DNA of 64,000 nt from an uncultured virus (IMG/VR IMGVR_UViG_3300042560_001054) (Duplodnaviria; Heunggongvirae; Uroviricota; Caudoviricetes): the IMG/VR virus record IMGVR_UViG_3300042560_001054; one strand, given 5' to 3'. The position numbers and the translations under genes were made by a program. The notes below the pieces were generated by a model, which did not search any database, was not told where the DNA came from, and saw only the letters and a list, made by a program, of their open reading frames with translations. Of this stretch, positions 1-9,609 are shown in pieces (the first letter of the stretch is position 1; the number at the start of each line of letters is the position of its first letter).

Positions 1-409
1 ACTGCCTACCAAACTTGTCGAGCCGTATTTATACGACCAGACCTACGGCTTCCCTGCCAGATAGGTAGTTACTACCCAGTAGCCAGCCTGCTCAGGAAAT
101 ACGATTACTCTCTCTCTTATTATTACTTTAGGGATTAAACAGGGAATTAAATTGGGGGATTGCCAAAGATTGCCAAGTCCTGCCCATGACCACGCATGGT
201 GAAACTCCACCACCGCCACCGCCACCAAAGGTGATGAGGTGATGACCCTGTTCGTTCAGGCGTTCGGTCACTTAAAAGCAGGAAAGCGTTATCAAAACGT
301 TATCAAATACGGTATTACCTAATTCGCTATTTGATTGGCTATCCACTACCCTCAGACCACAAGGCAGTCACCCGATTGCCTACTTACACGAAACGGATAC
401 CCACTCCTG

Positions 410-1765
410 ATGATTGCTCTATTAGTAGAAACAGAAACAAATGAGGGCAAGGCACAAAGCCTTATTGCTCCTCTCAAAAATGAGGTGGTGTGTTACCACC
501 GCCTCTCAAATGGAAGTCGTGGTCGTGGTCAAGCTTGGAAACAAACTTGCCTAGATGAACTACCACTAGACATGGTGACCTGTATGCCAGTAGCCGTGCC
601 ACTTACTTACAAAGACATTGAGGGCTTGGCAGTCGGTCAGATTACAACCCTTGCCGTCAAAGCCATGACCGCCTTCGAACAAACCAGTCCTGTCGAGCCT
701 GTAGATACTCACCGAGCCGTAGTCGCTGACCTAACCCTTCGACTAATCGCAGGTGACATGACCCTCAACGCCTATGTCAAAGACGGTCGCCGTAACAGTC
801 CTGTAGTGCTGACACCACTAACCAAGCCTGTCGAGCCTGTTAGGGAAGTAAGCGCAGAGGCACATAAACAGCAGGAAGCACCAGTATTGGTCGGAGCAAG
901 CCCAGTAATTATGGAACTAGCAACTATTCCAACATTAGATTGGTCTAAGAAATACATAAACAGAAAAATAAATGGTCTTATCGAATACGCTATTTATGAC
1001 AACGCCATGACCAACAACGAGAACATACTAATCATGGGTCACGCAGGTAGCGGTAAAACTATGTCAGTCTTGGGATACGCAAGCACTCGTGGCTATCGCT
1101 ATTACAACGTGTCTAGTCACATTGGCTTAGAGCCAACCCAGTTATTCGGTTCATGGATACCAACCCCTGACGGACACTTCCGTTGGCAAGACGGTCCTGT
1201 AACAGACTTGGTAAGAAATGGTGGAGTGTTACTTCTAAATGAAGTGAACTTCATGCCCGAGCGTGTCACCACAATTCTGTTCGGCTTACTTGACGACCGC
1301 CGTGAGATACAAATTATGGAAAATGGTGGTGAGGTTATCAAGGCTCACAAAGACCTCTTGATTATCGCTGACATGAACCCCAACTACAGAGGCACTCGAC
1401 CTATGAACCAAGCTTGGGTAGATAGATTTCACCACAAGTTAGACTTCCCATACGACCACGCTATCGAAAGCAAACTAATCAAGAACAAGGCGTTGCTAGA
1501 AATGGCAAACAAACTTAGGGAGTTATCTAACAAGGGCGACCTTGATACTCCTATCTCAACTCGTGGTCTAGCCAACTTTATTAAGAACGCTACCAACCTA
1601 AACTTGGATTACGCCATGTCCTCTTATGTAAATGGCTTCCTTGATGAGGAGCGAGAAGCAGTCAAACTTGTATTAGATACATACAAGCCGAACATTGGTG
1701 TAGAACTTGGCATTACTGTTGAGGTAGCACCAACTCAGGTAGATGAGGTGGCAATAAATGGCTAA
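410..1765 (+). CDS. MoxR-family (CbbQ/NirQ/CobS-like) AAA+ ATPase
   Basis: Walker A GHAGSGKT; W-x-DGPV motif; Walker B variant LLLNEVN; MNPNYRGT; DRF arginine finger; ISTR. Start placed at ATG 410 rather than TTG 335. Confidence 0.88.
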   Translation: MIALLVETETNEGKAQSLIAPLKNEVVCYHRLSNGSRGRGQAWKQTCLDELPLDMVTCMPVAVPLTYKDIEGLAVGQITTLAVKAMTAFEQTSPVEPVDTHRAVVADLTLRLIAGDMTLNAYVKDGRRNSPVVLTPLTKPVEPVREVSAEAHKQQEAPVLVGASPVIMELATIPTLDWSKKYINRKINGLIEYAIYDNAMTNNENILIMGHAGSGKTMSVLGYASTRGYRYYNVSSHIGLEPTQLFGSWIPTPDGHFRWQDGPVTDLVRNGGVLLLNEVNFMPERVTTILFGLLDDRREIQIMENGGEVIKAHKDLLIIADMNPNYRGTRPMNQAWVDRFHHKLDFPYDHAIESKLIKNKALLEMANKLRELSNKGDLDTPISTRGLANFIKNATNLNLDYAMSSYVNGFLDEEREAVKLVLDTYKPNIGVELGITVEVAPTQVDEVAING

Positions 1766-3680
1766 GAAAATCCAACGAGAACTTACTGCTCAACTATCTT
1801 GGCAAGAAGTGGATACGGAGTGGAAAGAGTGGCTTCGTGAGAACAACCCAACTTATCGTGAGAAAAATTATCACGAACTTGATGAACTTGCTAAGTCCTC
1901 AGGTGTTGACATAGCAACCTTGCGTGAACAGAACCATGAGGAATACCAAGCCCTTCGTGAGCAATTCCAAGACACTCTCAAAGAAATTGCTGACGATAAA
2001 CAACAGAAACTAACTCTCAAAAATAACTTGTTAGATAGTTACTGCTCCGTGTATCAGAAAGCCGACCGTATCTTGACAGGTGGCTTGGACATTGAGGTTC
2101 GCATTGGAACACCAGCAGACGGAGTGGAAGCCCCTGCTTGGAATGACGGTAAAGTTATTTCTTTTAACGAAAGTATTATTAACGGCGTTGAGGAAAATAC
2201 TTTATTAGGATTACATGGGCTTAATTTCCATGAGGTCGCTCATCTCCTCTACTCACCACGTATCGGTTCAGAACTTGGAACGTGGGTCAAAGACAACAAC
2301 TATCAAACCAGTTTTAACATACTAGAGGACAACCGTGCCGAAACCTTCTTGGTAACTAAATACCCTGCGACTAGAAACTTCTTGTTAGCAACGCTTGGTG
2401 AATACATTATTAGAAGTAGTGGTGAAAGACTTGGCGATAGTTTTATCTTGTTAGCAGGTCGCAAGTATTTCTCATACGATTGTCGAACCAGTATTGGCAA
2501 GCTTTATGCTGAGAAGCATGGATTAGAACAAGCAAAGAAAGTTTATTACTTAATAAATAAATACCGCACTTTAGTATTTCCACGTGACTACGCTATCGCT
2601 AAAGAAATAATTACAGAGTTTAGTCCACTAATCCCTGAGGGAACAGATACACCAAACGGTTGTGGCACTCGTAGCCCATTAAAGAACGGTCGCCCTGAAA
2701 CAGGCAAGGAGCAAGAAGCATTAAACGTAACCGACCCTGAAACCGAACCCAACCTAAACCCTGACGACAAGAAGCACTCACACGGACACGGTGGCAACGA
2801 TGAAACAGACTTGCCTAAAGCAGAGCAAGCACAACGCCAGCAAGACGTCTTGGATAAATTGACTGATGAGGTCAACCGTGCCAAGAATAATAGTGATGTA
2901 ATAAATAAAATTAAAGAAACACAAAAGTCAATTAGCAAATCAAATGCTAATAAGACAATTCTTACAAAACAAAACGCTAACCTCAAAAGTCCTACGGGTA
3001 GCGATGTAGCAACGGTCAGAGCGTTCGCAACAGAACTAGAACGCTTACGCATTGAGGCAGACCCAGCATGGGGATTGGAGAAGCCAAGCGGTCGCCTCAA
3101 CAAGAAGCGAGCCATGAACGCAGACATAAACGACATTAACAAACTGTTCGACCGTTGGGAGCAGGGCAACGACAACCACGAGATTGAGGCAGTCTTGTTA
3201 TTAGATAAGTCAGGCTCTATGTATCGTGACATTGACGCAGTATCCCGAGCAGGTTGGGTTATCAAGCGAGCCGTTGAGAAAATACAAGGTCGTGTAACTA
3301 TCTTGTCATACAACCATAACTCCAAAGTCTTGTATGAAGGTGATGAGAAAGCCAAGTCTGATTACAAGTCACTTGACTGTAGCGGTGGAACTAACCCTCA
3401 CTTCGCATTGGTAGAAACCGAAAGAATTATGAAAGCAAGTATCAAGCCTACCAAGCTTGTTATTATGCTTACTGACGGTGGCTTCTATGAAGGTGACGAA
3501 ATAATCCAGCGCCTTAACGACATGGGAACAACTACTGTAATGGTATTTCTTGGTGAACCTTACATGCCAGTAGAGCAACTCTCTCATGGAGCGCAGGTGT
3601 TCAGGGCGATTGCTGACCCTAGAGGGCTTGTGAAAGTCGCCAAAGACATTGTTCGCAAACGCTTGCGTTCCTCTCGCTGA
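1758..3680 (+). CDS. vWA-domain protein with N-terminal HExxH metallopeptidase-like domain (CobT-like MoxR partner)
   Basis: HEVAH and NILED motifs; MIDAS DKSGS...GGT...LTDG; overlaps the ATPase stop. Confidence 0.85.
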   Translation: MAKKIQRELTAQLSWQEVDTEWKEWLRENNPTYREKNYHELDELAKSSGVDIATLREQNHEEYQALREQFQDTLKEIADDKQQKLTLKNNLLDSYCSVYQKADRILTGGLDIEVRIGTPADGVEAPAWNDGKVISFNESIINGVEENTLLGLHGLNFHEVAHLLYSPRIGSELGTWVKDNNYQTSFNILEDNRAETFLVTKYPATRNFLLATLGEYIIRSSGERLGDSFILLAGRKYFSYDCRTSIGKLYAEKHGLEQAKKVYYLINKYRTLVFPRDYAIAKEIITEFSPLIPEGTDTPNGCGTRSPLKNGRPETGKEQEALNVTDPETEPNLNPDDKKHSHGHGGNDETDLPKAEQAQRQQDVLDKLTDEVNRAKNNSDVINKIKETQKSISKSNANKTILTKQNANLKSPTGSDVATVRAFATELERLRIEADPAWGLEKPSGRLNKKRAMNADINDINKLFDRWEQGNDNHEIEAVLLLDKSGSMYRDIDAVSRAGWVIKRAVEKIQGRVTILSYNHNSKVLYEGDEKAKSDYKSLDCSGGTNPHFALVETERIMKASIKPTKLVIMLTDGGFYEGDEIIQRLNDMGTTTVMVFLGEPYMPVEQLSHGAQVFRAIADPRGLVKVAKDIVRKRLRSSR

Positions 3681-3693
3681 TAGGCAATAATCG

Positions 3694-3716
3694 CCCCTAA
3701 CACAAAAGTTAGGGGG
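3694..3716 (+). terminator. Stem-loop after vWA gene, possible terminator
   Basis: CCCCTAAC-acaaaa-GTTAGGGG inverted repeat; weak U tail. Confidence 0.35.
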
Positions 3717-3720
3717 GGTT

Positions 3721-3888
3721 ATGCCCGAAACTGTTTATTGTGACGGTTGCTACGAAGCCGTCATTACCACGAACAACGGAAACTGTCCAACCTGTTTAAC
3801 AGACTTCTTTCTGTATGAACCTGTTGATGAAATAAAAGACAACCACGAATTGTGGGAATACGAACTACACTCAGACCGAGATAACTAA
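3721..3888 (+). CDS. Small Cys4 zinc-ribbon protein (55 aa, below ORF-track cutoff)
   Basis: Translated by hand: MPETVYCDGC...NCPTC...; G-rich stretch upstream. Confidence 0.6.
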   Translation: MPETVYCDGCYEAVITTNNGNCPTCLTDFFLYEPVDEIKDNHELWEYELHSDRDN

Positions 3889-3897
3889 GGAGCAACC

Positions 3898-4053
3898 ATG
3901 CCAAAATACAAAGTAACACTAGAAGCACTAATAACGGCACAAGATAAAGACCAAGCGACCAACGCTCTGCTAAATGGTGATGAAGAACTTGTTGACGCCG
4001 TGTGGGTAATCAGCACAGAAGAAATTACTACTTTAACATTAGAAAGCGAATAA
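3898..4053 (+). CDS. Hypothetical protein (51 aa)
   Basis: AAGGAG SD, ATG, MPKYKVTLEALITA...; ends TAA. Confidence 0.65.
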   Translation: MPKYKVTLEALITAQDKDQATNALLNGDEELVDAVWVISTEEITTLTLESE

Positions 4054-4161
4054 CCCTGCCTACCCAAACTTTGATGGCGGCCAAAGTCCTGGAGCTATCA
4101 AAAAGCAGGGGAGTAGTAACTGTAATAAACAAATACATAAATAGAGAGAGGAAATAGTAAA

Positions 4162-4392
4162 ATGAACACAGAACACTATTTCGTAGTTAGATACACGGAA
4201 GGTGAGGGGTGGTCTTGGGACACAGATACAGAGAGCGCAAACTTCCCTGACGGCACAATTTACTATCCCAACCTAAACAAATGGGAAAAATCGGGTAGTA
4301 TTTACAACTCTGACGAGTTAACATACGAGAGAGATGAAACTGCTAGTCAGCAATTAGGGCAAGCAATAAGGGTAATGAACGGAACAAACTAA
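4162..4392 (+). CDS. Hypothetical protein
   Basis: ORF track; GAGAGGA SD upstream. Confidence 0.7.
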   Translation: MNTEHYFVVRYTEGEGWSWDTDTESANFPDGTIYYPNLNKWEKSGSIYNSDELTYERDETASQQLGQAIRVMNGTN

Positions 4393-4407
4393 GAGAAAGA
4401 GAAATAC

Positions 4408-4668
4408 ATGGTAGACAAATTACATTACTACTTCACGGTATCAAAGAACATGGAAAAGAGCGGTGCGTGGCTTTCCGAGTTTGTAGCAAAAGACCGTGAA
4501 GGCAACGTTAAGAAACAAGGCTGTAGCGCATGGACAACAAGTGCTAAGGCAAAGAAGTGGTGCGCTGAGCAAATTGAGAGAGGAAGGTTGACTTGGGAGA
4601 TTACGGCTTCAAATCCTGAAAACCAAAAGCCAACAAGTATGCGAAACCATACTGAGGTGCGTTTGTAA
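4408..4668 (+). CDS. Hypothetical protein
   Basis: ORF track; in operon with neighbours. Confidence 0.65.
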   Translation: MVDKLHYYFTVSKNMEKSGAWLSEFVAKDREGNVKKQGCSAWTTSAKAKKWCAEQIERGRLTWEITASNPENQKPTSMRNHTEVRL

Positions 4669-4781
4669 TGCCAACAGAGATAATCCCAAATCCTGATTGG
4701 GGCAGACCTTCACCCAGCATTGAAGATGATGACGTGTATGAGTTTGAAGAAGAAGATGATGACTTTGATGAGGACGAGTAA
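4668..4781 (+). CDS. Small acidic protein (37 aa)
   Basis: TAATG coupling; MPTEIIPNPDWGRPSPSIEDDDVYEFEEEDDDFDEDE. Confidence 0.55.
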   Translation: MPTEIIPNPDWGRPSPSIEDDDVYEFEEEDDDFDEDE

Positions 4782-4804
4782 AGAGAGAGTTATTTAAGAA
4801 CAAC

Positions 4805-4906
4805 TAAGCCCCGCAGTTTAAGGACTACCGAGAGTAGCCAACTGCGGGGCTTATTATTTTTACAAAAGAGAAAGGGCCCTAGCTACCCACTAACTAGGGC
4901 CCCTTT
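4805..4906. terminator. Pair of hairpins at the convergence of the + and - transcription units
   Basis: TAAGCCCCGCAGTT...AACTGCGGGGCTTA followed by T-rich tract; second hairpin GGGCCCTAG...CTAGGGCCC. Confidence 0.75.
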
Positions 4907-4941
4907 GGAGAGAGAGGTAATTGCGGTATTACCCTATCACA

Positions 4942-5205
4942 CTATTTGTCAATTACTGAATTAGCGACTTCATCTCTAATAACTTTAAGCGAAGCAATTT
5001 TGTCAGGTCTAAATCCAGACCAATGTGTGTCTCCGCTTACAACTACTGGGGTGTATGAATACCCAAGAGACTTAACAAGTTTGTAAGCGTCCTCATCAGT
5101 AGTTATGTCCACCTCAGTAAAAGCAACGTTATCACGAGTAAGGTATTTCTTAGTCGCATTACAAGGCGGACAGTCAGGTTTTGTGTAAACAGTTACGTTA
5201 GTCAT
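4942..5205 (-). CDS. nrdH: NrdH-like glutaredoxin
   Basis: VYTKPDCPPC, TPVV, WSGFRPDKI; coupled to the RNR gene. Confidence 0.9.
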   Translation of the reverse strand: MTNVTVYTKPDCPPCNATKKYLTRDNVAFTEVDITTDEDAYKLVKSLGYSYTPVVVSGDTHWSGFRPDKIASLKVIRDEVANSVIDK

Positions 5206-7241
5206 TTGTTCTCCTTCTTGATGAAGCTTATCTCACAGGCGTCTGTAGTGCAATAAGCTTCTCCGATTGCATCGGCGGCCAGGCCAGCGTAGACGCCAGC
5301 AAAATCAATTGGCATTAACTTAAATACATACTCCTCATAATCCTGTTTTGTTATTTGAGTGTAGGGCATTTGTGGGTAAATAGTATTTCCCATAGGAAGG
5401 AAGGAGACTGTCTTCAGCTGACCATCAAACATGTGCAGCACAGTTCCTACATGCTCCCCTTCAGTCTCTTGATTGAACGAAACTGTAACTGAAACTGAGT
5501 TATCACTCCAATGGCGTTGAGCCATAGAAGCCAACGACATCTTCTCAAAGATAGTTACATCTTTTTCAGACCGTTTAGCCATAGACTCAACTGGAAAGAA
5601 CACGACAGAAGTAGTGGTTGGTGATTCACTTGCTGGCTCAACAGTATAGTTAGCCATAGTGAATAGGGGAAGCATAGGGTCTTCGTTACTAAACCTGATT
5701 GCTCTTAAGAAGTATTGACCGCCTGGAGTCCAATGAACCCCTGGAGATTCTCCAGCCAAGATTGACACAGTTCCCGAAGGCTTTACCGTTGTCATCTTAA
5801 TTGATTCACGGATACCAAGCCACTCTGAGTAAAGCTTGTCATACCCTTGAATAACTGAATAGCCTGTGTCCATCCATTCACGAAGAACAGGCACACCTTT
5901 TCTGTCAGCAAAGTTAGCAATACCAGAGATAGAAGTTCCGATACGTCGGTTACGTTGCATGATTGCGTTAGTTTCTTCCCAATGCGTTGGAAGAAGCGTA
6001 ACAGTCTTGGCGTATAGATAAGCAAACTTAAGAGTTCTCTTGAAATCATCAAGACTGTCATGTCTATTCAAATAGGTTTCAACAAGGGTGCAACACTCAA
6101 AAGACTCTAAAGATTGTTCAGCACAAGGATTGTAACCAGCGGCTCGCCAGTCTTTATTGTTAGGCGGGTCAATGAGACGGCCATACTTGCGAGTTACGTC
6201 CATCCAAATAACTCCAGGCTCTCCGTTTAATCTAATACCGTCAACAATTTTAGACAAATCGTCACCAACGCCAACCTCTACAGAGTTGTTAGACATCCAA
6301 GCCCAGCCTGGATTCTTAGGGTCGTATGAGTTACGCTCTGGAAATACCTCAGCGTTCTTAAGATTCAAGAAGTCCTCGTCGTCAACCTTACCAAGCAAGA
6401 GCTCAGCTGAGCGGCGTACGTTGCCTGATACAACGCAAACCCCTATTAAATTTCCTATATCAGCAATATCAATTCGGGTTAAAGTATTTCCTTCCCGATT
6501 ATTAAACAATTTATTGATAGACTCGTGAAGTCTCTTCAGCGGCCCCGGCCCAGCAGCTGTGCCTCCGAATGTTTTAATTGGTTCTCCAGCCAGTCTAATT
6601 TGCGAATAATCGAATTTAGGCATTGGTTGTTCAGGTTTCAAATATGAATTTAGTAATTGGCTTACTGAATCTACCCAACCCTCTCTGGTATCTGCAATCA
6701 CTGTCTCGGCATCTGAGGGTAGTGGCTTGTAAATAGCAAACTCTTTTTCTGCACCTTTGCTATCGAATCCCACTCCAACACCTAGCATGCTGGCTTCCAT
6801 TAAAAATGCAAATGGTTTTGCTGGGTTCAGCTTAGTCATCTCGCTAGTGGATACAAACGCACAGTTCTGCAAAGCTGCGCTGTTCTTTTGTTCGTTAACT
6901 ACTGGTGTGCCCATCATCCACAAACCTCGGCCTGGGGGTGTCCACTTAAAATTAAACAATCGGTCAAAGGCTTCTTTGGCAGAGGCTTGTGCCTTTGAAT
7001 CATTCCAAGGAAGTCGGCTAGACTTACAGTGGTCTTTCTGTAGGGAATACATACCGTTGACTATGCGCTCGCATACATCAACCCAAGTCTCTTTGGTTCC
7101 ATCTTCTTTTAATCTAGAATAAGTTCGAAGGAAAGTTACCTCTCCTACCGAGTTACCTGCCGCATCTTTATAACCCCAAGGTACTGGCTTTGCTCGGTAT
7201 CCGTCTACGAACTCGTTTGCTAGTTTAAAAGAAAGTGCCAT
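5202..7241 (-). CDS. nrdJ: Class II (adenosylcobalamin-dependent) ribonucleotide reductase
   Basis: PPGRGLW, NCAF, GNVRRSAE, NPCAEQ, TTVKPSGT, C-terminal CTTDAC; no beta subunit nearby. Confidence 0.92.
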   Translation of the reverse strand: MALSFKLANEFVDGYRAKPVPWGYKDAAGNSVGEVTFLRTYSRLKEDGTKETWVDVCERIVNGMYSLQKDHCKSSRLPWNDSKAQASAKEAFDRLFNFKWTPPGRGLWMMGTPVVNEQKNSAALQNCAFVSTSEMTKLNPAKPFAFLMEASMLGVGVGFDSKGAEKEFAIYKPLPSDAETVIADTREGWVDSVSQLLNSYLKPEQPMPKFDYSQIRLAGEPIKTFGGTAAGPGPLKRLHESINKLFNNREGNTLTRIDIADIGNLIGVCVVSGNVRRSAELLLGKVDDEDFLNLKNAEVFPERNSYDPKNPGWAWMSNNSVEVGVGDDLSKIVDGIRLNGEPGVIWMDVTRKYGRLIDPPNNKDWRAAGYNPCAEQSLESFECCTLVETYLNRHDSLDDFKRTLKFAYLYAKTVTLLPTHWEETNAIMQRNRRIGTSISGIANFADRKGVPVLREWMDTGYSVIQGYDKLYSEWLGIRESIKMTTVKPSGTVSILAGESPGVHWTPGGQYFLRAIRFSNEDPMLPLFTMANYTVEPASESPTTTSVVFFPVESMAKRSEKDVTIFEKMSLASMAQRHWSDNSVSVTVSFNQETEGEHVGTVLHMFDGQLKTVSFLPMGNTIYPQMPYTQITKQDYEEYVFKLMPIDFAGVYAGLAADAIGEAYCTTDACEISFIKKENK

Positions 7242-7341
7242 ATCAATTCCTATTCTCGTATGTGTGTTGTAAATACAAAACCCCTGTGTGTGAGTTAGGG
7301 GGAGTGTCTTAGTCTACCTTTTTGATAAAACTAAAACTGGT

Positions 7342-7653
7342 TCAGTTGGTTGTGCTTCTTCGTTCTTCTTCGTTTATAGCCATATCTAGGGCTAGCCAAT
7401 AGCCAGCTCCATCAATACGATTATCTTGCTTAGACTTGTACGACTCTCTAGCAAGTTTAACGCCGTCCATACAAAGTGCTACTTGTCTGTAGGTTACTTC
7501 GTACCCTAATATCGCTGACCATATCTTTGCAATCCTAGTGAAGTTATCTAGGGGGTGGTCGTACGCATTATTTCTATCTCCAGTAACTAATCTAGTTGCC
7601 TCATCTAGTATGTTTTTAGGACTACCCTGTTCCATGTTGTTTTGGTCGTTCAT
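7342..7653 (-). CDS. DUF6378-like phage protein (helical NTP-pyrophosphatase-like)
   Basis: ILDEA..LV.GDR...Y..P.DNF.RIA..WS, K.AR, DN..DGAGY pattern. Confidence 0.7.
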   Translation of the reverse strand: MNDQNNMEQGSPKNILDEATRLVTGDRNNAYDHPLDNFTRIAKIWSAILGYEVTYRQVALCMDGVKLARESYKSKQDNRIDGAGYWLALDMAINEEERRSTTN

Positions 7654-7658
7654 AGTTA

Positions 7659-9125
7659 CTACGAGTTCTCCTTGTCTGTGTCCGTAATTTGCTTAATAAT
7701 CTCGTTAGTTTTGTTTTCGTTTAATCCATCATTTGGTAATTCTCGAAGGGTTTGAGCCCTGTCTCCGAAGATAGCGGATAGTACTCCACCAGCTCCTTGA
7801 CGCTCTACCGTCATCCTAATAAACTCTCGTGAGTCGTCCAAATCCTTAATAGTTTTTAACATTTTAAAGAATCTGTCCATCTCTTGTCCGACGTTTGGGT
7901 CGGGGTATCCGCCGTTCAAATCTTCGCTAAACTTAGCGAAAGCCACTCTTTGGCCCTGCATTTCAAGTAAAGCGTTAATCAAAGACTTCAACTGTTCCTT
8001 GGTTTTAACCTCTACTGGTAGGTTGAACGCACAGGTGTTTTGTGGTTTAAAGGCAGGACAATTAGCGGCAACAAAACATGTATCGCATACCCGTAAACTA
8101 GTGCTATTGGAACGTAATGTGGTGACATCTTTAATGACCATATTGCCGTCATCGTCGGGTTCTAATACTCTCTGAACCTCTACTCCAAGCACGGGTAAAA
8201 CACCCATTTCCTCTGGTTTACGTTGTTCAAGTTTCCGCATGCCGACCCCCCTCGGAGTAACTTCAGCAGGGGGTGTTTCCGCATTTTGTTGGGGTACTAG
8301 TTCATCACTCATAGTTACTACGTTCTCTCCTAATCGACGATGCCAATCCTCGTATTGTTGGTAAGACCAAACAGCAAGCTTTGATACTTCTACTGCGTCG
8401 TCTGCCAGTATCTTATCGAAATCTAGCCCAGCCCGCTCGTATATGGACTTGTATCTAGGCCGTGACTGTTCTTTCATACGCTTAGGATAACGAAGCAGTT
8501 TTGTTCCATCCCAAACAATCGTTTCGCCTCGCATCATAGGGGATAGCCAAGAAAGGGTGCTAGCAGTCTCTACAGGCACTTGTCGCAGGTTATCTGGCTT
8601 GGCGCTAGCCAAAGCATGGAAAGTGGTTCCATGTATCTGGTTAAGTCGCCTAGTCTTTGCTGACAAACTGGTTTCGTTTTCAATTAAATTTCCAGGCAAG
8701 GCTACATTTAAATACCGAACTGCTAGGCTTTCTAAATCCTCGCCATGCCATACAGGCCAAAACTTTTCTTCTGGCACATCAGACCAACTGGTAACCCGCT
8801 GTTCGTCTATGAACAACTGGGTAAGCTGTGGGTGGTCTACCTCGGTAAACCCCTCAATCCTGTCTAAGTTCTCAGCTACGAACGCTTCGTAATCAGCTGC
8901 AAAGTCAGCTAACTCAGACTGAGTAAACTCTCGTTTAAATGGTATTCCAGCATTTAAAAAAAGCCTGACGTTGTCTGGAAAATAATTTTTTAGCTCGTAT
9001 TTTATGGTTTTAGGCATACCACGTCTTTGAAGGCCCCAGAAGCTGACTCCCATGCAGCTAGCTCCAGCTGCAGTCAGGATAGTTCTATTGCTAGGCACCT
9101 CAGCACCCAAATAAACTATGTTCAT
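7659..9125 (-). CDS. TGT/DpdA-like TIM-barrel protein with degenerate active-site motifs, fused to a Cys4 domain
   Basis: Motif order LFLNAG, EVD, PVWHG, VALPG, FHALA, ASTLSW mirrors the DSG...D...PVxH...GG...HxxG...DSxxW of phage TGT-like proteins; C-terminal CDTC-x5-C-x8-C. Confidence 0.5.
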   Translation of the reverse strand: MNIVYLGAEVPSNRTILTAAGASCMGVSFWGLQRRGMPKTIKYELKNYFPDNVRLFLNAGIPFKREFTQSELADFAADYEAFVAENLDRIEGFTEVDHPQLTQLFIDEQRVTSWSDVPEEKFWPVWHGEDLESLAVRYLNVALPGNLIENETSLSAKTRRLNQIHGTTFHALASAKPDNLRQVPVETASTLSWLSPMMRGETIVWDGTKLLRYPKRMKEQSRPRYKSIYERAGLDFDKILADDAVEVSKLAVWSYQQYEDWHRRLGENVVTMSDELVPQQNAETPPAEVTPRGVGMRKLEQRKPEEMGVLPVLGVEVQRVLEPDDDGNMVIKDVTTLRSNSTSLRVCDTCFVAANCPAFKPQNTCAFNLPVEVKTKEQLKSLINALLEMQGQRVAFAKFSEDLNGGYPDPNVGQEMDRFFKMLKTIKDLDDSREFIRMTVERQGAGGVLSAIFGDRAQTLRELPNDGLNENKTNEIIKQITDTDKENS

Positions 9126-9583
9126 ATACGTGGGTCCTCAGCAATAAGCTGAACTTGTCTATCTAGTTCGCCTTGGATGTCTTCCCAACTACGTCGTCCC
9201 TCACGTCCGTCTGGTCTAAATTTGTGACTTAAGTACTTAGGATGTAAAAACAGGAACACTCTAATCCCGTTTTCAATGCACAACTTAGCCAACTCTAAGT
9301 CAGCGGTAATTACTAAAAATATAGGGCCTTGAGCTTGAAGCTTTTGAACTTTAGCAAAGTCTTTTCTATCTGGTTCTACGCTTTCTAAACCAGTATTGTC
9401 TATGAAACCGTCTAAATCTGTAAACCTGTGTTCTTTGCACCATCTTGATGCTTCTTTTTCATCATCTACACCTAATACAACTTTGGTTCCGTTGTTTAAA
9501 GCTCTGTAAACAGAAATACCTTCAAAGATTGGTACTTTTGTATCGGTTCGTAAAACACCGTCGATAAAAAATATAATTGACAC
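9122..9583 (-). CDS. HAD-superfamily-like protein lacking the first Asp of motif I
   Basis: N-terminal IIFFIDGVLR versus canonical DxDGVL. Confidence 0.5.
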   Translation of the reverse strand: MSIIFFIDGVLRTDTKVPIFEGISVYRALNNGTKVVLGVDDEKEASRWCKEHRFTDLDGFIDNTGLESVEPDRKDFAKVQKLQAQGPIFLVITADLELAKLCIENGIRVFLFLHPKYLSHKFRPDGREGRRSWEDIQGELDRQVQLIAEDPRI

Positions 9584-9609
9584 CGTTTATGCTCCGAATT
9601 CTTTTTCGT

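Noticed and set aside
335..409. TTG start at 335 for the ATPase
   Set aside because: The extension overlaps a hairpin and looks noncoding; ATG 410 is preferred, though not proven.
2588..3355. Long antisense ORFs (this one and others such as 42755..43201 and 56131..56601)
   Set aside because: They are shadows of well-supported genes on the opposite strand, with no SD or recognisable motifs.
7659..9125. Confident call of a 7-deazaguanine DNA modification pathway
   Set aside because: Catalytic Asp motifs appear altered and no preQ0 biosynthesis genes are present in the window.
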